NCBI GenBank assembly: GCA_964016885.1
Contig: OZ024747.1
Coordinates: 75,454,001-75,518,000 of the forward strand
DNA: 64,000 nucleotides
DNA from: Eledone cirrhosa
Lineage: Eukaryota
Direction: 5' to 3'
Shown piece by piece: positions 16,098 to 29,960 of this stretch. Within the stretch, counting starts at the first letter, position 1. Each line of letters begins with the position of its first letter. Made by a program: the position numbers and the translations under genes. The notes below the pieces were generated by a model, which made no database searches, was not told where the DNA came from, and worked only from the letters and a program-made list of their open reading frames with translations.

Positions 16098-16149
<52 letters not shown>

Positions 16150-16203
16150 CTCTCTCGCTCTCTCTCTCTCTCTCTTACTCTCTCTCTCTCTCTCTTTCTC
16201 TCT

Positions 16204-16265
<62 letters not shown>

Positions 16266-16507
16266 ATACATACATATAATATATATATAATAATAACTAA
16301 TAATATATATATAAGTATAACAATATTTGTTTCGACACACGATTTCATATCAAAAAACCTTGCAAAAACTAATTCATCGCCGTTATATATATATATATAT
16401 ATATATATACTATATATATATATATATATAACAAAGGAATTGTGGTAAGGAACCAGATGGACCATAACGCACCAGAGTTCTCAATACTTAGGGTAGTAGA
16501 GTGGGAA

Positions 16508-16675
16508 ATAGGAAAAAGTATGACCCCGACGGCAGAGCTCAAGCCGTTTCGACGGCTATTTCTGGACTAAATTAGAATTTTTAGCCTGGTGAATTCACCA
16601 GGCTAAACATTCTAATTTAGTCCAAAAATAGCCGTCGAAACGGCTTGAGCTCTGCCGTCGGGGGTCATATTTTTT

Positions 16676-16680
<5 letters not shown>
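16508..16680. mobile_element. Zero-spacer palindrome of a Penelope-like 3' end
   Basis: Centred on GAATTC 16591-16596; each arm carries the hammerhead 3' half CGAAACGGC..GCCGTCGGGG; ends in (TA)n. Confidence 0.7.
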
Positions 16681-16709
<29 letters not shown>

Positions 16710-16964
16710 ATATAAATATACACATGCATATTGGAAGCTGAACACTTTACCAATCCCTTCTCGTTCTGATCTACGGACACTAGTGGAGATTAGAGCAAGT
16801 TTAACCCGTATATATATTATTTCAAAGAAAATGTACACGAAACAAATACAGATGAAAAATATACCTTTCCCACCCTACCGGAATTTCTTTAACGAAGAAC
16901 TAATTAATACCATTATATCTGTCTTTGTGTTCTTTCCCTTTTCAACTATGTATATAGTACCTAT

Positions 16965-18342
16965 CAGTGGCGGATTTAAGGAATAGGGCCCAGTCGGCAT
17001 TGGTCAGTAAGGAGGTCCCAGAGTGAAAATTAAAGTACCTTCTTTTCGAGCGAGTATTGAAAAAGTTTTTTTTTTAATTTCCCATTTAGCTACCAATAAT
17101 CATTAAGAAGACAATTAAATTACAAGTACACTTTATTTGAAACAAACAAACAGATGTGCTGTACTGTAAACAAATAATAAAGTAATAAAGTTGTATATAT
17201 GTTAGTCTTTTACACAAATTGCTTTTACATGCGCAGACCTCTGCGAGCTTTAACAGTTGAAAAATGAGTTATAGCGTGGTCCAAGTTTACTGATTTAGTA
17301 ATTTTGTTTTCAATTGCCAGCAGGGCAAAACTGGATAGCCTCTCCTGGCCCATCGTTGAACGAAGATAATTTTTAATTCTGAAAGAGCGTTCCGCACTTG
17401 CTATGCCAATTGGTAAAGTGAGAAATAGCCTTACCAGAATTTCAAACTCGGGAAAGACATCACACAAGTCATTGTTCAGTAAAAATTTCAGATATGGCAT
17501 AACCCCACTTTGTTTTAAAGCTGCGTTTGGCTGTGAAAAGTAGAGGCCAATGAAAGAAAAGAGTTCATTTCTGAGTTCCAGTGTGAATTCATTTGGAAAG
17601 TTATCTACCAATGTTGTTACATGTGTTTTTAGTTCATCATCTGAGCATTTAGCCAGTCGATTTGGACTCAAAAATCCAAAGATTGAAGATATTTTTTTTA
17701 TTCCTTCAGTTCGGGCTCTCATCTCTCCAATCATACTATCCAGTGATTGAAAATAAATTGCAGTGCGATATCTATCTGAAGCAGTAGCTAGTCTTTCAAC
17801 ACCACAAACTTCACCATCTATAATCTTTCTTCTCCTTACTCGCGTTATTTTAAAATCAGCTTCAGATGCATCAAATCCCACGTCATTCCAGGCTTTCTTT
17901 GCCTGGTCCACAAATTGTTCAAATTTGTGATCGCATCTGAGTTCTTCCAATTTATCTGTTGAACGTTCAAAGCACTCAGTCACAAGGAATAAATCAAAAA
18001 GAAACTAAAAAAAAAACCAAGAAACTAACAAAAATATCGCCAAAAAAAAACAAAACAATGAAACTAACAAAAACGTTTCAAATAAATAAATAAATCTATA
18101 TTTCTTTTAACGGCTAAAAAAAGGGGAATGTAAATTTGTTGGAATAGCCTCATTTCAGCAGCCAGCAGCGAAGTTATTTAGCCTCATATCAGCAGCGAAC
18201 AGCGAAGTTATTTAGCCCTAGGCATGAGGGAGGTATTTTTGGATATCGCACAAATTACAATTTTTTTTTTTTTTGCAAGCGCCCAGTCGGCAGGGGCCCA
18301 GTCGGCATTTGCCACCTTCGCCACCTGTTAAATCCGCCACTG
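16965..18342 (-). mobile_element. hAT DNA transposon, internally deleted (non-autonomous)
   Basis: Perfect 15-bp TIRs CAGTGGCGGATTTAA/TTAAATCCGCCACTG; perfect 8-bp TSD GTACCTAT (16957-16964, 18343-18350). Confidence 0.95.
17225..17983 (-). pseudogene. C-terminal part of a hAT transposase (Tip100/ZMYM1-like) with hATC dimerisation domain
   Basis: LFLTLPIGIASAERSF-RIKNYLRSTMGQERLSSFALLAIE; N-terminal and most catalytic regions absent. Confidence 0.88.
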
Positions 18343-19089
18343 GTACCTATCAAATCTATTTTATAAACACAGATAAAAGAGTGGAAAAAATCTACCCGGA
18401 AAACAATTGTTACATGTATCTGTGGAACCCCTTTTTGTGTTATAATATATTTAGTACTATATTCCATATTTCGATATTTTCTATATTTCCTATGTCAATT
18501 TATTTATAAATTAGGAGCTAGGAGAATTATATATCAACAGCCCACATCTAGTATGTGGATCTATACATTCATAGCACAGAAATATAATAATCTCTCTTAA
18601 TACCCAATCAAAGCCAAACTTCAAATTCGATCATTCCTTGTATATATTCTTCGAAACATTCTTCCGGAAGTTGTATTTTTGTATGCTTTCCTGTACACGA
18701 ACCATATCTCGTATACATGTCTTTCCTGTAATTTTCTTATAAATATATATACTGAATTAGTGTTGCTGCCTTACATCATGGAATCTCTCAACATGCTTTC
18801 AAAGTTGTATCCGTTATCTTGTTTTCTTTACTTATCTCTAGGCATCTCGATGAGTTAGACCTGTTTACGTCAAAGAAATCACAGTTAATTATATATGTTA
18901 TAATCGATAAGGGGTATGGAAAGTGTTCTGCTTTCTAGATACAAATGCTGTTGGGTCTCACATACCTAATATAGTGAGTTGAACATTTTAATTAGAGTTG
19001 CCGTTGGACACCCTTTACTGAGCCTATACACAATCAAAAGCATTGTAGCCATAACCATCTCGTCTTTGTTTCAGGGTAATATATAGAAT

Positions 19090-19240
19090 AAGGCGCCAAA
19101 TTGGCCGAGTCGTTTATACGTCAGATAGAATACTTTGTAGTATTCGTTTCGACTCGCTGCTTTCTGAGTTCAAATCACGTCGAGATCAATTTTATCCTTT
19201 CGAGGTCGATAAAAAAAGTACCAGTCTAGTCCTGGGGTAG
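19090..19240 (+). mobile_element. tRNA-derived SINE with Nin/Deu-like core
   Basis: TGGCCGAGTCG A-box-like, CTGAGTTCAAAT B box, TCCTTTCGAGGTCGATAAA..GTACCAG core. Confidence 0.7.
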
Positions 19241-20409
19241 ATTCTTCTTCTATATCTCTATCTCACTTCTTTTCTTCCAGCCTTTCTATTCTTCTTGGGG
19301 GAAATCTGCTGTATTTAGACATGGAGAGGAGATAGGCTCCACCAGGTTTAAAAGTGCCCTAGAAACACCGTATGTTTATACGGCGTCCCTAGGACCTTGC
19401 AGGCATGTATATATGTACAGTATATTATCGAATGTGCAGACTTGGCAGAGTCGTTACAGAGTTCTCTGTGTTGTGTTCAAAACATGCTGACATCAACTTC
19501 GCTAACATATCATTCTAGGCTGGTAAATTGGTGAAAGTTTTCGAGTGTTGAACGAGATGCTTTGAATTATCTTTGTAAGGCTTTTTGCGTTCATAGTTCA
19601 ATTCCCGCCTCCCAACAGCGGATCATCATAACCAATCATCTCAGATCGATCTAACGATAATATACCTCTAATGTCAGGCGAGGTGAAACGTTGATTCGAC
19701 CAACATCTCGTTTGCATCAATGTATAGGAATGTAACTCATGCTCTAATGTGGGAGAAACGCTACAGCAGAAACTTATCAATGGGTTATTCCTATTTTAAA
19801 CCGGCTGGGTAGTATTACAGTGAGATTTTGCAGCTATTTCTAGCAACTAGACTGCATAGAAGTAGCCACCGTTGATAAGGACGGCTAACTGGCAGAAACG
19901 ATACACAATCAGAGGTAAATGTCTTACAGTATTTAATTTCATTCATCTACATTCGATGTTCGAAACTTTCCAGTCTGGTTTTTGTCTTTCATCTTCGCAG
20001 GATCGCTGAAATATGAGTAAGAATTAACATTTATCTCCTTGGGATTAATTTAACTGACGTGTCTATATCCTTTGCAAAAAATACTACTCAGACACTCGTG
20101 ACAACTTCAAAGATATCAATTAATATCGATCACTAAAACCAGATTAGAAAAAACACTCAGATTTCAATAATTAATCAATATTTCAAATCACATATGGTAA
20201 GGGTCTCACATAAGTATATATCTGGCGCTAGTATTATATCAATTAGGTCACCATTTAGAGGTAAGACATCTGAGGGACACATTACTGAACATTAAAGGAT
20301 CACAGTTTATTTTAAATTATGTTTTTTACAAATTTCTATAATTAAATTGAATATATAATCATTTTCTGCGATCAATAAATAAATTGCTAAAACATCCTTG
20401 CCGCGTAAA

Positions 20410-20915
20410 TGTCTTGTGGAAATATCCAGAGTGGTGGAGAGGGTTGTATGGTGCCAAGATTTTTCGCGCTCCTCGATCACAGATGGTTCAGTTCTGTAGT
20501 AGAGAACTCCGTTGATGAGGACATGGCAAGAGGTCACCGACGAAAGGAAAGCAGACAGGGCCAGTGGGACAGGCGACCTAAGACAAAGGCCGTCTTATTT
20601 GATGGGTAAAGTGACCTGCTGCCATCCGTTGTAATCAAACTGGACGTTACATATCTCGTTAGAAGCCCGTTGGATGCAGACGTCGAGATCTGTGAGGATC
20701 TGTGAGGAGAGATGCTTGGCTGTAACAAGGGGCACTGCGGAAGGTGTATAAGAATTTCGGCATGACGAAACAGTCTTCAACAGAAAGAGTGCCAGGTGGG
20801 TATGGATGAGGCTCAGTTAACTCATCATAGATTCTAGCTGGTGTAGTTTACACCTGAGGGTAGAGCGAATGGCAGGCGGGAGGATCGGTGACCCGGGGAT
20901 AAGGACCTCTTCCTT
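20410..20915 (-). mobile_element. CRE-clade non-LTR retrotransposon fragment, degenerate
   Basis: Minus translation LRSAPCY...WQQVTLPIK*DGLCLR...ALSAFLSS...EPSV; overlaps in motif with the start of the 60728-61773 element. Confidence 0.65.
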
Positions 20916-21494
20916 ATCCTCCTCTACTACTACCATTGAAGTAGTAGTAGTAGTGGTAGAAATGTCGGTAGTGGTAGTGGTGATGGTGGTAGTAGTCGTT
21001 GTAGAGTACGTTTAGTAGCCTTTAGCAGCTGTGTACTACTAATACTTACTACTTACTACTGCTACTGTACTGCTGCTGCTGCTGCTGCTGCTGCTACTAC
21101 TACTACTACTGACTACTACTACTACTACTACTGACTACTACTATCTACTATACTACTACTATACTAGTAGTTGTATTGGTGGTAGCAGCTGCATTACCGT
21201 AAGTAACAGTAGTGGTAGTAGAAGCAGCTGTGGTGGTAGTAGTAGTAGTTGATGCTGTTTCTGATGCTGCTGTAATTATTGTTGAACTCATCGTCCTGGT
21301 TACTACAATGCATCAATAACAACGGTAATAAGTTTATCGTCATCATCACCATCTCAGCAACAGGTGCAGCAACAACAACTGCAGCAGCAACGGCGGCAGC
21401 AGCATCAATGGCAGCAACGGCAGCAGCAACAACGACAGCAACAAATGCAGGAGGAGAAACGCAGTCCTCATCGTCGTAGTTGTCATCACCATCA

Positions 21495-22936
21495 GCCACT
21501 AACACCACCACCACCACCACCACCGCCACCACCACTAACACCTCCACCACAACACCTCCACCACCACCGCCACCACCGCCACTAACACCACCACCACCGC
21601 CACTAACACCACCACCACCACCGCCACCACCGCCACCACCACTAACACCTCCACCACCACCGCCACCACCGCCACTAACACCAACACCACCGCCACTAAC
21701 ACCACCACCACCACCGCCACCACCAATAACACCTCCACCACCACCGCCACCACCACCGCCACCACCACCGCCACTAACACCACCACCGCCACTAACACCA
21801 CCACCACCACCACCGCCACCACCACCGCCACTAACACCACCACCACCACCACCACCACCGCCACTAACACCACCACCCCCACCGCCACCACCACCGCCAC
21901 TAACACCACCACCACCACCGCCACTAACACCACCACCACCACCGCCACCACCACCGCCACTAACACCACCACCACCACCACCGCCACCACCACCGCCACT
22001 AACACCACCACCACCACCACCACCACCACCACCGCCACCGCCACTAACACCACCACCACCGCCGCCACCACCACCGCCACTAACACCACCACCACCGCCA
22101 CCACCACCACCGCCACTAACACCACCACCGCCACCACCACCGCCACTAACACCACCACCACCGCCGCCACCACCACCGCCACTAACACCACCACCACCAC
22201 CGCCACCACCACCGCCACTAACACCACCACCACCACCACCGCCACCACCACCGCCACTAACACCACCACCACCACCACCGCCACCACCACCGCCACTAAC
22301 ACCACCACCACCACCACCACCACCACCACCGCCACCGCCACTAACACCACCACCACCGCCGCCACCACCACCGCCACTAACACCACCACCACCACCACCG
22401 CCACTAACACCACCACCGCCACCACCACCGCCACTAACACCACCACCACCGCCGCCACCACCACCGCCACTAACACCACCACCACCACCGCCACCACCAC
22501 CGCCACTAACACCACCACCACCACCACCGCCACCACCACCGCCACTAGCACCACCACCACCACCACCGCCACCACCACCGCCACTAACACCACCACCACC
22601 ACCACCACCACCACCACCGCCACCGCCACTAACACCACCACCACCGCCGCCACCACCACCGCCACTAACACCGCCACCACCACCGCCACTAACACCACCA
22701 CCGCCACCACCACCGCCACTAACACCACCACCACCGCCGCCACCACCACCGCCACTAACACCACCACCACCACCGCCACCACCACCACCGCCACTAACAC
22801 CACCACCGCCACCACCACCGCCACTAACACCACCACCACCGCCGCCACCACCACCGCCACTAACACCACCACCACCACCGCCACCACCACCGCCACTAAC
22901 ACCACCACCACCACCGCCACCACCACCGCCACTAAC

Positions 22937-22967
<31 letters not shown>

Positions 22968-23190
22968 CCACCACCGCCAATAACACCACCACCACCACTA
23001 ACAGCACCACCACCACCACCACCACCACCGCCACTAACACCACCACCACCACCACCGCCACCACCACCGCCACTAACACCAGCACCACCACCACCACCAC
23101 CACCACCGCCACTAACACCACCACCACCACCACCACCACCACCACCACTAACAGCACCACCACCACCACCACCACCACCGCCATCATCAT
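21495..23190. repeat. Complex (CCA)n-based minisatellite punctuated by CCGCCACTAACA
   Basis: Direct inspection; produces the spurious poly-Pro/poly-Val ORFs. Confidence 0.95.
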
Positions 23191-23299
23191 CATCGTGGCC
23201 AACATAAACACACTATGCTAGTTGTCATGATTATAACAAATTGTTGACGTCATTTTAATCCCATTATCTTTCTAGTTTCTCTCTCAGATATATCACTTG

Positions 23300-24008
<709 letters not shown>

Positions 24009-24287
24009 CTGCAACAATAACGAAAAACAATGAGAGGCAAAATGACAGCGTCAACAATAATAATATAAGTGTAAATGAGTAATCGATATTCTAATTAGCT
24101 TCTCGTTCTCTAGCTGTGATCAAAAATATATAGAGTGAGCGCCCCCTGGTGATAAGAGATGGGAAAAGCGACAAATATTATCATAGAATTTCAATATAAC
24201 AAGCTTGCGACAGAACAGATAAAGAAGAATGGTGTTGACACGAAGAAAACTTGTCTGATTAGATAAACGAACAAAAATAGAATTGAG

Positions 24288-24320
<33 letters not shown>

Positions 24321-24557
24321 GTAATAATAATAAATTTGAAGACTAAAATCCAAAGAGGGCTCGATAAGATCCCGTTAAGGGTGAAAGCAGCGATTCTTTG
24401 CTTAAACTTTAATCTGTTAATTTAAAAAAAAAAAAAAAATAAATAAATATATATATATATATATATATGTAGATAAATCTACCAAGAGTTTACGGTAGTG
24501 TCCAATCCGTATGAAGAACTCAATGTATTCCGGATATCATGGAAAGAAGAGATGTAA

Positions 24558-25049
24558 TGAAAATCCAATTTCGGTGAAAGATAAACGGTATACAGAGTCA
24601 AGATAAAATATTAATATTAATATTGTATGATATTGTCAATACTCTGATATGCCCAGTTCCTTGTTGGGTTGAAAATCCTTGTTGAAAATCCTTGTTGAAA
24701 ATCCAATTTCGGTGAAAGATAAACGGTATACAGAGTCAAGATAAAATATTAATATTAATATTGTATGATATTGTCAATACTCTGATATGCCCAGTTCCTT
24801 GTTGGGTTGTTAATTCACTGGGGAACTGGAGTCATATGACTCCAGTTCCCCAGTGAATTAACAACCCAACAAGGAACTGGGCATATCAGAGTATTGACAA
24901 TATCATACACCTAAACAACATATGTACTTGTCTATACCATACTAATTCAAACTGCCTGAAGAGGTCACAGCCAAAGATGGTTGTCACTGAAATATATATA
25001 GCAGTAATAAACGAAGCTAAATTTTAATCATTTGACTTTTATTTAACTT

Positions 25050-25056
<7 letters not shown>
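24558..25056 (+). mobile_element. Penelope-like 3' end with palindrome and direct duplication
   Basis: Perfect palindrome 24762-24909 centred on GTCATATGAC; direct repeat 24558-24670/24696-24808; hammerhead 24951-25005; ends in (TA)n. Confidence 0.7.
24951..25005 (+). ncRNA. Minimal type I hammerhead ribozyme (PLE-type)
   Basis: Stem I ACTGC/GCAGT, core CTGAAGA, stem II ACAGCCA-AAGA-TGGTTGT, GAAA, short palindromic stem III TATATA, cleavage triplet ATA. Confidence 0.7.
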
Positions 25057-25117
<61 letters not shown>

Positions 25118-25127
25118 ATATATATAT

Positions 25128-25432
25128 AAGGCAATATACCACCTATCAGCAAGTCAATACGTGGACAGAGACTCAGGTTTGCTGGCCACCGTTGGCGCAG
25201 CAAGGAAGAAATAGCAGGTGATGTGTTGTTATGGAGTCCATCTCATGGAGCAGGAAACGCTGGTCGTCCCAAGAAGACATACGTCAAGCAACTTGAGGAC
25301 GATACTGGATGCACTGCGGAAGAACTGGCAAACGCTATGAGAGACAGATGGATGGAGGAAACGTGTCGTAGAAAGCCGAGCAAGCTCGACCTGATGTCGT
25401 AGAAAGCTGAGCAAGCTCGACCTGATGATGAT
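25128..25432 (+). mobile_element. RTE-type LINE 3' end with (TGA)n tail
   Basis: GNIPPISKSIRGQRLRFAGHRWRSKEE...GRPKKTYVKQLEDDTG; last ~30 nt duplicated. Confidence 0.85.
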
Positions 25433-25636
25433 GTATATATATATATACAATACATAAACAGAGAAAGCCTTAAGCGATACTCTGACCAACTCCATCTCAC
25501 TCAACAAACATTAGGATATACTTAAGTATTATCCCAATTTAGTGTTTGGGGTGCTAACTAATCAGTATTTCGTGGATAGCTGGTTGTATTATTTTATATG
25601 AGACATTATTAAATAAATATCTCTTTCCTTCCATAC

Positions 25637-25771
<135 letters not shown>

Positions 25772-25806
25772 TATATATATACATACATATATATATATAC
25801 ACACAT

Positions 25807-25839
<33 letters not shown>

Positions 25840-25845
25840 ATACAT

Positions 25846-26064
<219 letters not shown>

Positions 26065-26080
26065 TATATACATATATATA

Positions 26081-27073
26081 CCAGATAGGAAAATGCGTAC
26101 AGCAAAAAAAAGTAATATTGTTGGAATAATAAACCTTTAAAAATACAGGACAAGAAACTAAGATAAAACTTTAAAGAATTGGACAAGAAATAAAAAATTT
26201 TACAATAATATTAGTGGCAAAATTTTTATTGGTAAAAAATCGAGTTCCACATTCATAGGCTCTGGGTTCCACATTCAGAGGTCGTCGTCAGACCGGGGGG
26301 ATCATTTGATCCTGGTTTGAACACCAATTGGGCCATAACCATACCCCTATTTCATCATTCGGCGACATGCCTCATGTGTCATGCATAATGTGAATGGACC
26401 CATGGGCCCATGAGCACAGATCTTGAGCAGCAGTGGACGGTCTTGTCGTCCCGCTCATCCTTGATCTTGACCAACCCGTCCATCTTCTCCTTGCATCTTG
26501 TCCTTGAGTTCAAGTCCGGCAGTCCAGATGAATGCGTGCCACAGCTTTCTGGTACAGGAAGGGGGAGCAGGAGGACTGGAGGGATGACGGGACAGAGGGA
26601 GGGAGGACCGGTGGTTGAGGGAGGTGCCGTAGTCGGTGGTCAGAGTCGACATCTTGTCCCGGTCGTCTTCTCCATCTTCGTCTGGTGTTGCGGGACCAGA
26701 AGTGTATTCTTGGAGGAGACCTGCAGCTGCATCGGCCAATTCTTCTTGCAATGGTCATTCTGACGGAGCAGAACTGCTCAGCCAACCAACCCCAACCAGA
26801 ACCAACCGCTCAGGGGCAACGCACAATGAGAGCATGACAATTATTATGCACTAATCAAGAAGATACTGGGGCATAGCACAGGAAACGAATAAAAAAATTT
26901 TGCCACTAATATTATTGTAAAATTTTTTATTTCTTGTCCAATTCATTAAAGTTTTATTTTAGTTTCTTGTCCTACTCTTTTAAAGTTTTATTTTAGTTTC
27001 TTGTCCTGTATTTTTAAAGGTTTATTATTCCAACAATATTACTTTTTTTTGCTGTACGCATTTTTCTATCTGG
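26081..27073. mobile_element. Element with ~150-bp terminal inverted repeats and GC-rich interior, family unassigned
   Basis: Arms 26081-26227/26891-27073 (right arm has an extra internal duplication); interior much more GC-rich than flanks. Confidence 0.7.
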
Positions 27074-27583
27074 TCTACTATTTTTTAAGGCAATGCAAGC
27101 AACAACTATCTAATAATTAAATGATCATAGTGAATTACTGACAAGTGATTGACATTTTAAAGTTCTTTTGAGTATAATTGCAATCTAGTTGAGGCAACTG
27201 GCTTAATGACAAAGCTAGTAAATCATGAATGTATTTGAATTCGTCATTTCTGGATTACCTCCCCTAGCGTCACGCTTACTACTTACTCACTTGAACACAA
27301 GATTTATCAGCAAACTTTGATTATAAACTTTTTCCCGCTGGACCAAATTTCTAGATTTTTAAGCCAAAAGATGCGTAAAGATCTACTGTTCATGCTCATA
27401 TAAGTTTTATCTCAGTTAAATAAAGTAGAGCCGCGCTGTACTGTCGTAAACAGACGATTGCCAACGAAAACACGACCACAACAATATTACTAAACGGACT
27501 ACCGTCCGTTTAGGATAAATGAAAAGTATAGAAATTATTGTGAGCAAGAAGCCAACAGTATTTCATAATATATAAATATATAA

Positions 27584-27641
<58 letters not shown>

Positions 27642-27951
27642 TACGCACGCATACATATACGGATATCTATCTATATATCAAAGTGTGTGTGCATACAGAT
27701 CTTTGATGTCACTATTAACTATTTTTAAAAACATTTGTGTGTGTATATACGCATACATATACGCGTACATATACACACATACACATATATACACATACAA
27801 GTACACCCACTCACCTATACGTATGCATGTGTATATATGTATATATATATATATAAATATATATAAATATAAATACATATATATTCTCATTTACTGTGGC
27901 TTAACTTCTAAATGAAAGATTCAAAACAATTCTAATAATCAACTTTGACAA

Positions 27952-28075
27952 AGGCAGCGGATTACCAAAATTGTTGCTTTGCGGTATTTATTTATGGTCC
28001 TGTACGTTCTGAGTTCAAATCCCACTGAGGTCCACTCTGAGATCAATAATATAAAGTATTAGTAAGGTACTAGAG
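27952..28075 (+). mobile_element. SINE fragment
   Basis: GTTCTGAGTTCAAATCCCACTGAGGTC...AAAGTATTAG. Confidence 0.6.
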
Positions 28076-28814
28076 TGATTATAATCAATTTTATTTTCTC
28101 TTTAGTGGTTAAAGGAGGAACCAGAGGTTTGTGATAGCAGTAACACTGGATGGCGTGCCGTCTCCGAATTAAGTCTATTCCCTGTTTATTTTTGCCGTAA
28201 TCCAGTAATTTTGCAATTTATACCTGATGACGTCGCCATAAGTCTTACGTTATGATCTGATGATGTAAGCAAGCCATAGAAATACGTATTGCGATTTTTG
28301 CAACAGTAAAGGAATATTTGGAATTCGGTCTTCATTGATATGTGTATATATAAATATGTACACACACACACACACACACATGTATATATAAATGTCATAT
28401 AGAAACGACATCTACTTGACTAGAACTTTCGTTCATTTGAAATCCCCAAGAATGTTAAATAAAGTTTGTCAGGTTCGTTATGTATAGATTTCTTCTGGAA
28501 AGGGAACGGCTCTTATAGAGGGGGTTGGAGGAAAAAGAGGGGGTGGAGGAAGAAGAGGGCGTGGAGGAAGAAGATGGGGAGAAAGGAGAAGACGAATGCC
28601 ATTAACACCTTTTCATTTTAAATGAAGGATATATATAATAGGGTTGTGATTTAGACAGGCTGGTTTTGGGTTTTTGAGATATTGAGAGTGATAGATAGAG
28701 AGATATATAGATATATCGGAAGAACAAAACCAGCGAAATTTAATAAATATGTGCTTGATAATGATTAAAGGAAATATGGGAGAAAATTATTATTGATTTA
28801 AATATATAATTGTA

Positions 28815-29060
28815 TCCACAAAACATATGCCAGGACAGCTCATCATCTCCATAGATGGAGAATGAAAGTCAGCCCAGTATGTGACTGTGGTGACCCTGAC
28901 CAGACAGTGCTGTATGTTGTTTGTGATTGCCCCCCCCCCCCCCCCTCTCAGACGTTTCCCTGGCAACCTCCAAGCAATCTATAATACAACAAATGACGCC
29001 TTAGTCTTGCTCACTAATCTCGATCTGTCTCTCTAACTATTGTGCATTTGTCATATAAGA
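28815..29060 (+). mobile_element. Ingi/Vingi-like LINE 3' end
   Basis: HLHRWRMKVSPVCDCGDPDQTVLYVVCDCP...RRFPGNLQAI...LTNLDLSL*: C-terminal zinc-finger pattern. Confidence 0.65.
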
Positions 29061-29074
29061 AGATTTACGTTCAT

Positions 29075-29515
29075 TTACGTTCTGAGTATGATTACTATTA
29101 TTAAAGTACCTGTAACGCATTGGGGTCGATTTAATTAACTCTCCCCTCCCCCAAAATTGTTGGTCTTGGGCCCAAATCAGAAACTTTGCCTTTCATCCTT
29201 ACGAAGTCGATAAAATAAAATACCAGTCACGAACTAGAGTCGATTTTAATCGACTTTCCCCTCCCCCAAAATTGTTGGCCTTGTGCCTATAGTACAAATC
29301 ATTATTATTATAAAAGGTTGGTGGATTAGCAGTATCGGTAGAAGGTCGAACGCTATGCTTTGCAGTATAGAGTTACGGCCTTTTAAGATCTGAGTTCAAA
29401 TTTCGCCGAGGTTAACTTTGCCTTTCATCCTTATAGGGTCGATAAAATAAAGCACCAATAATACACTAGGATAATTGCTGGCCTTGTACCAAAAGTAGAA
29501 ACCCTTATTATTATA
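29075..29515 (+). mobile_element. Cluster of tandem SINE copies and fragments (Nin/Deu-like core)
   Basis: AACTTTGCCTTTCATCCTTA..GTCGATAAAATAAA twice; CCCCCAAAATTGTTGG 3' part twice; full head at ~29315. Confidence 0.8.
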
Positions 29516-29912
29516 AAATCTCTGGTTCACAAACCTTTACTCTGATGACACACATACGACAGTGTTGTTAGGGTATTAAGACAAGCTCTTGCATGAGATT
29601 ATATTGACAAGCTAAACCGATACTTAATTATCACTATAACATCTTAATCGTGTATTTGATACCCACTTTAAGCTGAGCAAGTGTCACATACACATTCAAG
29701 CTATCAATATCAGTAGCAATGCAATGTCAAATGAGACAACAAGAAATAAGAAACAAAACAAAGTAAGTTACTTGGTGATTGTCATTGAGTTCCCTTCAAA
29801 GCTTAGAGATATTGAAATCATGTCGGAGTGTAGGAGGGGGAGGAGGGCGTCGTCAAGTTAGTGTTAGATGTTTTGTTTATCATTTGTGTTTATATATATA
29901 TGTATCTATCTA

Positions 29913-29960
<48 letters not shown>

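Noticed and set aside
18350-18860. Possible ancient Penelope RT remnant (also 30600-31250)
   Set aside because: Only faint motif resemblance with many stops; needs a profile search
21480-23211. 575-aa poly-Pro ORF and 558-aa poly-Val antisense ORF (extensin/formin-like look)
   Set aside because: Pure triplet repeat, non-ATG start for the plus ORF, no flanking domain or splice evidence
28224-28292. Two CTGATGA motifs followed by GAAATACGTA
   Set aside because: Could not form convincing stems I and II for a hammerhead
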